NCBI RefSeq assembly: GCF_963853765.1 | Contig: NC_088861.1 | Span: 21,292,281 to 21,356,280 of the forward strand | DNA from: Magallana gigas | Taxonomy: Eukaryota | Direction: 5' to 3' | Length of the DNA stretch: 64,000 bases | Shown: positions 54,601 through 64,000 of the stretch, in pieces | How the letters are laid out: every line of letters starts with the position of its first letter | Numbering within the stretch: the stretch's first letter is position 1 | Program-made: the position numbers and the translations under genes | Notes under the pieces: model-generated | Told to the model about the DNA's origin: nothing | Seen by the model: only the letters and a program-made list of their open reading frames with translations | Database searches by the model: none

Positions 54601-57345
54601 TTAAAATGGAAGCATCCTCAGGTAGGGTAGATTTTAGTTTGTTCAAATCATGGTCCCCGGGGGTAGATTTGGGCCACAGTAGGGGGATCAAGTTTTACTT
54701 AGGAATATATAGAGAAAATCTTTAAACATTCATCAAAAAAACTATGACGCCAGGAAAGCTCAAATTAAAATGGAAGCATCCTCAGGTAGTGTAGATTTTA
54801 GTTTGTTCAAATTATGGTCCCTGGATGTAGGGTAGGGCCACAGTATGGGGTTCAAGATTTACTTAGAGATATAGAGAAAATCTTTAAACTTTCTTCTCAA
54901 ACACTATGACGCCAGGAAAGCTCAAATTAAAATGGAAGCATCCTCAGGTAGTGTAGATTTTAGTTTGTTCAAATCATGGTCCCCAGGGGTAGGGTTGGGC
55001 CACAGTAGGGGGATCAAGTTTTACTTAGGAATATATAGAGAAAATCTTTATACATTCTTCGATAAAACTATGACGCCAGGAAAGCTCAAATTAAAATGGA
55101 AGCATCCTCAGGTAGTGTAGATTTTAGTTTGCACAGTAGGGGGATCAAGGAATATATAGAGAAAATCTGTAAACTTTCTTCTCAAAAACTATGACGCCAG
55201 GAAAGCTCAAATTAAAATGGAAGCATCCTCAGGTAGTGTAGGTTTTAATTTGTTCAAATCATGGTCCCTGGGGGTAGGGTTGGGCCACAGTAGAGGGATC
55301 AAGTTTTTCATAGGAATATATAGAGAAAATCTTTCAACTTTCTTCTCAAAAACTATGGCGCCAGGAAAGCTCAAATTAAAATGGAAGCATCCTCAGGTAG
55401 AGTAGATTTTAGTTTGTTCAAATCATGGTCCCCGGGGGTAGGTTTGGGCCACAGTAGGGGGTTCAACTTTTACATAGGAATATATAGAGAAAATCTTTAA
55501 ACTTTCTTCTCAAAAACTATGACGCCAGGAAAGCTCAAATTAAAATGGAAGCATCCTCAGGTAGTGTAAATTTTAGTTTGTTCAAATCATGGTCCCCGGG
55601 GGTAGGGTTGGGCAACAGTAGGGGGATCAAGTTTTACATAAGAATATATAGAGAAAATCTGTAAACTTTCTTTTCAAAAACTATGACGCCAGGAAAGCTC
55701 AAATTAAAATGGAAGCATTCTCAGAAAGTGAATATTCTTGTTTGTTCAAATCATGGTCCCCGGGGGTAGGGTTGGGCCACAGTAGGGGGATCAAGTTTTA
55801 CATAGGAATATATAGAGAAAATCTGTCAACTTTCTTCTCAAAAACTATGACGCCAGGAAAACTCAAATTAAAATGGAAGTATCCTCTGGTAGTATAGATT
55901 TTAGTTTGTTCAAATCATGGTCCCCGGGGGTAGAGTTGGGCCACAGTAGGGGGATCAAGTTTTACTTAGGAATATATACAGAAAATCTTTAAACTTTCTT
56001 CTCAAAAACTATGACGCCAGGAAAGCTCAAATTAAAATGGAAGCATCCTCAGGTAGTGTAGATTTTAGTTTGTTCAAATCATGGTCCCCGGGGCTAGGGT
56101 TGGGCCACAGTAGGGGGATCAAGTTTTACATAGGAATATATAGAGAAAATCTGTAAACTTTCTTCTCAAAAACTATGACGCCAGGAAAGCTCAAATTAAA
56201 ATGGAAGCATCCTCAGGAAGTGAATATTCTTGTTTGTTCAAATCATGGTCCCCGGATGTAGGGTAGGGCCACAGGAGGGGGATCAAGTTTTACTTAACAA
56301 TATATACAGAAAATCTTTAAACATTCTTCTCAAAAACTATGACGCCAAGAAAGCTCAAATTCAAATGGAAGCATCCTCAGGTAGAGTAGATTTAGTTTGT
56401 TCAAATCATGGTCCCCGGGGGTAGGGTTGGGCCACAGTAGGGGGATCAAGTTTTACATAGGAATATATAGAGAAAATCTTTAAACTTTCTTCTCAAAAAC
56501 TATGACGCCAGGAAAGCTCAAATTAAAATAGAAGCATCCTCAGGTAGTGTAGATTTAAGTTTGTTCAAATCATGGTCCCCGGGGGTAGGTTTTGGCCACA
56601 GTAGGGGGATGAAGTTTTACATAGGAATATATAGAGAAAATCTGTAAACTTTCTTCTCAAAAACAATGACGCCAGGAAAGCTCAAATTCAAATGGAAGCA
56701 TCCTCAGGTAATGTAGATTTTAGTTTGTTCAAATCATGGTCCCCGGGGGAAGGGTTGGGCCACAGTAGGGGGATCAAGTTTTACATAGGAATATATAGAG
56801 AAAATCTTTAAACTTTCTTCTCAAAAACTATGACGCCAGGAAAGCTCAAATTAAAATGGAAGCATCCTCAGGTAGTGTAGATTTTAGTTTGTTCAAATCA
56901 TGGTCCCCGGGGGTAGGGTAGGGCCACAGTAGGGGGATCAAGTTTTACATAGAAATATATAGAGAAAATCTTTAGACTTTCTTCTAAAAAACTATGACGA
57001 CAGGAAAACTCAAATTAAAATGGAAGCATCCTCAGGTAGGGTAGATTTTAGTTTGTTCAAATCATGGTCCCCGGGGGTAGATTTGGGCCACAGTAGGGGG
57101 ATCAAGTTTTACTTAGGAATATATAGAGGAAATCTTTAAACATTCATCAAAAAAACTATGACGCCTGGAAAGCTCAAATTAAAATGGAAGCATCCTCAGG
57201 TAGTGTAGATTTTAGTTTGTTCAAATTATGGTCCCTGGATGTAGGGTAGGGCCACAGTATGGGGTTCAAGATTTACTTAGAGATATAGAGAAAATCTTTA
57301 AACTTTCTTCTCAAACACTATGACGCCAGGAAAGCTCAAATTAAA
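51685..57345. repeat. 5661 bp HOR copy 2
   Basis: Same marker order at the same offsets as copy 1; near-identical sequence. Confidence 0.8.
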
Positions 57346-60300
57346 ATGGAAGCATCCTCAGGTAGTGTAGATTTTAGTTTGTTCAAATCATGGTCCCCAG
57401 GGGTAGGGTTGGGCCACAGTAGGGGGATCAAGTTTTACTTAGGAATATATAGAGAAAATCTTTATACATTCTTCGATAAAACTATGACGCCAGGAAAGCT
57501 CAAATTAAAATGGAAGCATCCTCAGGTAGTGTAGATTTTAGTTTGCACAGTAGGGGGATCAAGTTTTACATAGGAATATATAGAGAAAATCTGTAAACTT
57601 TCTTCTCAAAAACTATGACGCCAGGAAAGCTCAAATTAAAATGGAAGCATCCTCAGGTAGTGTAGATTTTAGTTTGTTCAAATCATGGTCCCCGGGGGTA
57701 GGGTAGGGCCACAGTAGGGGGATCAAGTTTTACATAGGAATATATAGAGAAAATCTGTAAACTTTCTTCTCAAAAACTATGACGCCAGGAAAGCTCAAAT
57801 TCAAATGGAAGCATCCTCAGGAAGTGAATATTCTTGTTTGTTCAAATCATGGTCCCCGGATGTAGGGTAGGGCCACAGGAGGGGGATCAAGTTTTACATA
57901 GGAGTATAGAGAGAAAATCTTTAAACTTTCTTCTCAAAAACTATGACGCCAGGAAAGCTCAAATTAAAATGGAAGAATCCTCAGGTAGTGTAGATTTTAG
58001 TTTGTTCAAATCATGGTCCCCGGAGGTAGGGTTGGGCCACAGTAGGGGGATCAAGTTTTACATAGGAATATATAGAGAAAATCTGTAAACTTTCTTCTCA
58101 AAAACTATGACGCCAGGAAAGCTCAAATTAAAATGGAAGCATCCTCAGGAAGTGAATATTCTTGTTTATTCAAATCATGGCCCCCGGATGTAGGGTAGGG
58201 CAACAGTAGGGGGATCAAGTTTTACGTAGGAATATATATAGAGAAAATCTGTAAACTTTCTTCTCAAAAACTATGACGCCAGGAAAGCTCAAATTAAAAT
58301 GGAAGCATCCTCAGGTAGTGTAGATTTAAGTTTGTTCAAATCGTGGTCGTCGGGGGTAGGGTTGGGCAACAGTAGGGGGATCAACTTTTATTTAGGAATA
58401 TATAGAGAAAATCTGTAAACTTTCTTCTCAAAAACTATGACGCCAGGAAAGCTCAAATTCAAATGGAAGCATCCTCAGGAAGTGAATATTCTTGTTTGTT
58501 CAAATTAAGGTCCCCCGGGGTAGGGTTGGGCCACAGTAGGGGGATCAAGTTTTACATAGGAGTATATAGAGAAAATCTTTAAACTTTCTTCTCAAAAACT
58601 ATGACGCCAGGAAAGCTCAAATTAAAATGGAAGTATCCTCTGGTAGTGTAGATTTTAGTTTGTTCAAATCATGGTCCCCGGGGGTAGGGTTGGGCCACAG
58701 TAGGGGGATCAAGTTTTACATAGCAATATATAGAGAACATTTTTAAACTTTCTTCTCAAAAACTATGACGCCAGGAAAGCTCAAATTAAAATAGAAGCAT
58801 CCTCAGGAAGTGAATATTCTTGTATGTTCAAATCATGGTCCCCGGGGGTAGGGTTGGGCCACAGTAGGGGGATCAAGTTTTACATAGGAATATATAGAGA
58901 AAATCTTTAAACTTTCTTCCCAAAAACTATGACGCCAGGAAAGCTCAAAATAAAACGGAAGCATCCTCAGAAAATGAATATTCTTGTTTGTTCAAATCAT
59001 GGTCCCCGGGGGAAGGGATGGGCCACAGTAGGGGGATCAAGTTTTACATAGGAGTATATAGAGAAAATCTTTAAACTTTCTTCTCAAAAACTATGACACC
59101 AAAAAAGCCCAAATTAAAATGGAAGCATCCTCTGGTAGTGTAGATTTTAGTTTGTTCAAATCATGGTCCCCGGGGCTAGGGTTGGGCCACAGTAGGGGGA
59201 TCAAGTTTTACATAGGAATATATAGAGAAAATTTTTAAACTTTCTTCTCAAAAACTATGACGCCAGGAAAGCTCAAATTAAAATGGAAGCATCCTCAGGA
59301 ACTGAATATTCTTGTTTGTTCAAATCATGGTCCCCGGGGGTAGGGTTGGGCCACAGTAGGGGGATCAAGTTTTACATAGGAATATATAGAGAAAATCTTT
59401 AAACTTTCTTTTCAAAAACAATGACGCCAGTAAAGCTCAAATTAAAATGGAAGCATTCTCAGAAAGTGAATATTCTTGTTTGTTCAAATTATGGTCCCCG
59501 GGGGTAGGGTTGGGCCACAGTAGGGGGATCAAGTTTTACATAGGAATATATAGAGAAAATCTTTGAACTTTCTTCCCAAAGACTATGACGCAAGGAAAGC
59601 TCAAATTAAAATGGAAGTATCCTCTGGTAGTGTAGATTTTTGTTTGTTCAAATCATGGTCCCCGGGGGTAGGGTTGGGCCACAGTAGGGGGATCAAGTTT
59701 TACATAGGAATATATAGAGAAAATCTTTAAACTTTCTTCTCAAAAACTATGACGCCAGGAAAGCTCAAATTAAAATAGAAGCATCCTCAGGTAGTGTAGA
59801 TTTAAGTTTGTTTAAATCATGGTCCCCGGGGGTAGGTTTGGGCCACAGTAGGGGGATGAAGTTTTACATAGGAATATATAGAGAAAATCTGTAAACTTTC
59901 TTCTCAAAAACAATGACGCCAGGAAAGCTCAAATTCAATTGGAAGCATCCTCAGGTAATGTACATTTTAGTTTGTTCAAATCATGGTCCCCGGGGGAAGG
60001 GTTGGGCCACAGTAGGGGGATCAAGTTTTACATAGGAATATATAGAGAAAATCTTTAAACTTTCTTCTCAAAAACTATGACGCCAGGAAAGCTCAAATTA
60101 AAATGGAAGCATCCTCAGGTAGTGTAGATTTTAGTTTGTTCAAATCATGGTCCCCGGGGGTAGGGTTGGGCCACAGTAGGGGGATCAAGTTTTACATAGA
60201 AATATATAGAGAAAATCTTTAGACTTTCTTCTAAAAAACTATGACGACAGGAAAACTCAAATTAAAATGGAAGCATCCTCAGGTAGGGTAGATTTTAGTT

Positions 60301-62095
60301 TGTTCAAATCATGGTCCCCGGGGGTAGATTTGGGCCACAGTAGGGGGATCAAGTTTTACTTAGGAATATATAGAGAAAATCTTTAAACATTCATCAAAAA
60401 AACTATGACGCCAGGAAAGCTCAAATTAAAATGGAAGCATCCTCAGGTAGTGTAGATTTTAGTTTGTTCAAATTATGGTCCCTGGATGTAGGGTAGGGCC
60501 ACAGTATGGGGTTCAAGATTTACTTAGAGATATAGAGAAAATCTTTAAACTTTCTTCTCAAACACTATGACGCCAGGAAAGCTCAAATTAAAATGGAAGC
60601 ATCCTCAGGTAGTGTAGATTTTAGTTTGTTCAAATCATGGTCCCCAGGGGTAGGGTTGGGCCACAGTAGGGGGATCAAGTTTTACTTAGGAATATATAGA
60701 GAAAATCTTTATACATTCTTCGATAAAACTATGACGCCAGGAAAGCTCAAATTAAAATGGAAGCATCCTCAGGTAGTGTAGATTTTAGTTTGCACAGTAG
60801 GGGGATCAAGGAATATATAGAGAAAATCTGTAAACTTTCTTCTCAAAAACTATGACGCCAGGAAAGCTCAAATTAAAATGGAAGCATCCTCAGGTAGTGT
60901 AGGTTTTAATTTGTTCAAATCATGGTCCCTGGGGGTAGGGTTGGGCCACAGTAGAGGGATCAAGTTTTTCATAGGAATATATAGAGAAAATCTTTCAACT
61001 TTCTTCTCAAAAACTATGGCGCCAGGAAAGCTCAAATTAAAATGGAAGCATCCTCAGGTAGAGTAGATTTTAGTTTGTTCAAATCATGGTCCCCGGGGGT
61101 AGGTTTGGGCCACAGTAGGGGGTTCAACTTTTACATAGGAATATATAGAGAAAATCTTTAAACTTTCTTCTCAAAAACTATGACGCCAGGAAAGCTCAAA
61201 TTAAAATGGAAGCATCCTCAGGTAGTGTAAATTTTAGTTTGTTCAAATCATGGTCCCCGGGGGTAGGGTTGGGCCACAGTAGGGGGATCAAGTTTTACAT
61301 AAGAATATATAGAGAAAATCTGTAAACTTTCTTTTCAAAAACTATGACGCCAGGAAAGCTCAAATTAAAATGGAAGCATTCTCAGAAAGTGAATATTCTT
61401 GTTTGTTCAAATCATGGTCCCCGGGGGTAGGGTTGGGCCACAGTAGGGGGATCAAGTTTTACATAGGAATATATAGAGAAAATCTGTCAACTTTCTTCTC
61501 AAAAACTATGACGCCAGGAAAACTCAAATTAAAATGGAAGTATCCTCTGGTAGTATAGATTTTAGTTTGTTCAAATCATGGTCCCCGGGGGTAGAGTTGG
61601 GCCACAGTAGGGGGATCAAGTTTTACTTAGGAATATATACAGAAAATCTTTAAACTTTCTTCTCAAAAACTATGACGCCAGGAAAGCTCAAATTAAAATG
61701 GAAGCATCCTCAGGTAGTGTAGATTTTAGTTTGTTCAAATCATGGTCCCCGGGGCTAGGGTTGGGCCACAGTAGGGGGATCAAGTTTTACATAGGAATAT
61801 ATAGAGAAAATCTGTAAACTTTCTTCTCAAAAACTATGACGCCAGGAAAGCTCAAATTAAAATGGAAGCATCCTCAGGAAGTGAATATTCTTGTTTGTTC
61901 AAATCATGGTCCCCGGATGTAGGGTAGGGCCACAGGAGGGGGATCAAGTTTTACTTAGCAATATATACAGAAAATCTTTAAACATTCTTCTCAAAAACTA
62001 TGACGCCAAGAAAGCTCAAATTCAAATGGAAGCATCCTCAGGTAGAGTAGATTTAGTTTGTTCAAATCATGGTCCCCGGGGGTAGGGTTGGGCCA
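57346..62095. repeat. 5661 bp HOR copy 3, canonical up to ~62095 and then replaced by a 985 bp HOR
   Basis: Markers sit at canonical offsets through E (61891). At ~62095 the sequence GGGGGTTCAACTTTTACAT replaces the canonical GGGGGATCAAGTTTTACAT and the register jumps back about 985 bp. Confidence 0.7.
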
Positions 62096-64000
62096 CAGTA
62101 GGGGGTTCAACTTTTACATAGGAATATATAGAGAAAATCTTTAAACTTTCTTCTCAAAAACTATGGCACCAGGAAAGCTCAAATTAAAATGGAAGCATCC
62201 TCAGGTAGAGTAGATTTTAGTTTGTTCAAATCATGGTCCCCGGGGGGTAGGGTTGGGCTGCAGTAGGGGTATCAAGTATTACATAGGAATATATAGAGAA
62301 AATCTGTAAACTTTCTCTTCATAAACTATGACGCCAGGAAAGCTCAAATTAAAATGAATGCATTCTCAGAAAGTGAATATTCTTGTTTGTTCAAATTATG
62401 GTCCCCGGGGGTAGGGTTGGGCCACAGTAGGGGGGTCAAGTTTTACATAGGAATATATAGAGAAAATCTGTCAGCTTTCTTCTCAAAAACTATGACGCCA
62501 GGAAAGCTCAAATTAAAATGGAAGTATCCTCTGGTAGTATAGATTTTAGTTTGTTCAAATCATGGTCCCCGGGGGTAGAGTTGGGCCACAGTAGGGGGAT
62601 CAAGTTTTACTTAGGAATATATACAGAAAATCTTTAAACTTTCTTCTCAAAAACTATGACGCCAGGAAAGCTCAAATTAAAATGGAAGCATCCTCAGGTA
62701 GTGTAGATTTTAGTCTGTTCAAATCATGGTCCCCGGGGGTAGGGTAGGGCCACAGTAGGGGGATCAAGTTTTACATAGGAATATATAGAGAAAATCTGTA
62801 AACTTTCTTCTCAAAAACTATGACGCCAGGAAAGCTCAAATTAAAATTGAAGCATCCTCAGGAAGTGAATATTCTTGTTTGTTCAAATCATGGTCCCCGG
62901 ATGTAGGGTAGGGCCACAGGAGGGGGATCAAGTTTTACTTAGGAATATATACAGAAAATCTTTAAACATTCTTCTCAAAAACTATGACGCCAAGAAAGCT
63001 CAAATTAAAATGGAAGCATCCTCAGGTAGAGTAGATTTAGTTTGTTCAAATCATGGTCCCCGGGGGTAGGGTTGGGCCACAGTAGGGGATTCAACTTTTA
63101 CATAGGAAAATATAGAGAAAATCTTTAAACTTTCTTCTCAAAAACTATGACGCCAGGAAAGCTCAAATTAAAATGGAAGCATCCTCAGGTAGTGTAGATT
63201 TCAGTTTGTTCAAATCATGGTCCCCGGGGGTAGGGTTGGGCTGCAGTAGGGGGATCAAGTATTACATAGGAATATATAGAGAAAATCTGTAAACTTTCTT
63301 TTCAAAAACTATGACGCCAGGAAAGCTCAAATTAAAATGAATGCATTCTCAGAAAGTGAATATTCTTGTTTGTTCAAATTATGGTCCCCGGGGGTAGGGT
63401 TGGGCCACAGTAGGGGGATCAAGTTTAACATAGGAATATATAGAGAAAATCTGTAAACTTTCTTCTCAAACACTATGACGCCAGGAAAGCTCAAATTAAA
63501 ATGAAAGCATCCTCAGGAAGTGAATATTCTTCTTTGTTCAAATCATGGTCCCCGGATGTAGGGTAGGGCCACAGTAGGGGGATCAAGTTTTACTTAGGAA
63601 TAAATAGAGAAAATCTGTAAACTTTCTTCTCGAAAACAATGACGCCAGGAAAGCTCAAATTAAAATGGAAGCATCCTCAGGTAGTGTAGATTTTAGTTTG
63701 TTCAAATCGTGGTCCCCAGGGGTAGGGTAGGGCCACAGTAGGGGGATCAAGTTTTACATAGAAATATATACAGAAAATCTTTAAACTTTCTTCTCAAAAA
63801 CTATGACGCCAGGAAAGCTCAAATTAAAATGGAAGCATCCTCAGGTAGTGTAGATTTTAGTTTGTTCAAATCATGGTCCCCGGGGGTAGGGTAGGGCCAC
63901 AGTAGGGGGATCAAGTTTTATATAGGAATATATAGAGAACATCTTTCAACTTTTTTCTCAAAAACTATGACGCCAGGAAAGCTCAAATTAAAATGGAAGC
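61110..64000. repeat. Short HOR: ~985 bp (6-monomer) unit in about 2.9 tandem copies at the 3' end of the window
   Basis: Marker ORFs at 61370/62354 and 61891/62875 are 984 bp apart. The variant ATGAATGCATTCTCAGAAAGTGAATATTC recurs at ~62354 and ~63340. GGGG(G/A)TTCAACTTTTACAT recurs at ~61110, ~62100 and ~63085. Confidence 0.7.

Larger units (their letters stand above)
45560..62095. repeat. Higher-order repeat (HOR) domain: ~2.9 tandem copies of a 5661 bp unit of about 35 monomers, >99% identical between copies
   Basis: Identical marker ORFs and sequence landmarks recur at exactly 5661 bp: 46024/51685/57346, 46512/52173/57834, 49271/54932/60593, 49556/55217/60878, 50048/55709/61370 and 50569/56230/61891. 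The cgtggtcgtc variant monomer sits at +995 in each copy. Only a few substitutions distinguish the copies (e.g. SWSP vs SWSL, KHPLVV vs KYPLVV), and copies 2 and 3 share variants that copy 1 lacks. Confidence 0.88.
1..64000. repeat. Tandem satellite DNA array, monomer ~164-165 bp, ~390 head-to-tail copies; extends beyond both window edges
   Basis: Direct counting of the period: TAGGAA landmarks at 1, 165, 329 and 494 are spaced 164, 164 and 165 bp. Every part of the window aligns to the same monomer, with roughly 5-15% divergence between neighbouring monomers. The unit is nucleosome-sized and carries a CCCCGGGGG palindrome (SmaI/XmaI site) and the conserved motifs GGCCACAGTAGGGGGATCAAGTTTTACATAGGAATATATAGAGAAAATCT and CTATGACGCCAGGAAAGCTCAAATTAAAATGGAAGCATCCTCAGG. 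Confidence 0.97.

Noticed and set aside
1413-63069. About 45 plus-strand ORFs of 62-84 aa (MFVQIMVPGCRVGPQEGDQVLHRSIERKSL…, MEASSGSVDFSLFKSWSPGVGLGHSRGIKFY…) that look like a multi-copy small-protein gene family
   Set aside because: Each ORF spans about 1.2-1.5 satellite monomers and recurs only because the DNA recurs. The monomer length is not divisible by 3, so the frame cannot continue. The ORFs have no promoter or RBS context and their composition is low-complexity. Their copy positions follow HOR periodicity exactly. They are useful as positional markers, not as genes.
1-64000. CRISPR array, suggested by regularly spaced repeats
   Set aside because: The entire ~164 bp unit repeats with no unique spacers, the period is far longer than CRISPR repeat-plus-spacer, and the length and lack of genes indicate a eukaryotic satellite.
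1-64000. Identification as a specific named satellite (e.g. oyster Cg170 ~166 bp, zebrafish 165 bp type II, alpha-satellite 171 bp)
   Set aside because: I cannot recall the consensus sequences of these families well enough to match them. Monomer length alone is not diagnostic, and the sequence is clearly not primate alpha satellite or Arabidopsis 178 bp.
1-64000. Telomeric or rDNA-related tandem repeats
   Set aside because: There are no TTAGGG-type short repeats and no similarity to conserved rRNA segments; the period and HOR structure fit satellite DNA.

Overview
The whole 64 kb window is one head-to-tail tandem satellite DNA array. The monomer is about 164-165 bp (e.g. TAGGAATATATAGAGAAAATCTTTAAACTTTCTTCTCAAAAACTATGACGCCAGGAAAGCTCAAATTAAAATGGAAGCATCCTCAGGTAGTGTAGATTTTAGTTTGTTCAAATCATGGTCCCCGGGGGTAGGGTTGGGCCACAGTAGGGGGATCAAGTTTTACA), and there are roughly 390 copies, all in the same orientation. 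There are no protein-coding genes, rRNA or tRNA genes, CRISPR arrays or intact mobile elements. The listed 62-84 aa plus-strand ORFs are chance open frames that run through about 1.5 satellite monomers and recur only because the DNA recurs. This is eukaryotic satellite DNA with a nucleosome-sized unit, AT-rich, carrying a CpG-containing CCCCGGGGG palindrome; I suspect it is centromeric or pericentromeric. I cannot name the satellite family or species from memory. The interest lies in the layered higher-order repeat (HOR) architecture. There is a ~5.66 kb HOR present about three times almost identically at the 3' end (about 45.6-62.1 kb), and older, indel-bearing copies of the same HOR family between about 19 and 45 kb. 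An 11.3 kb segment is duplicated at an offset of 19.78 kb (14.4-25.75 kb vs 34.2-45.5 kb), and other segmental duplications lie at offsets of about 14.8, 21.5, 5.77 and 1.1 kb. A short 985 bp 6-monomer HOR takes over in the last 3 kb. A 33-bp-deleted monomer variant recurs and serves as an HOR phase marker, and monomer subtypes alternate in a dimeric pattern. A ~60 bp non-satellite segment is embedded in two monomers (6004-6063 and 11768-11827), copied along with its 5.77 kb HOR. Unit-length deletions and sharp recombinant junctions point to unequal crossing-over and gene conversion as the homogenising mechanism.
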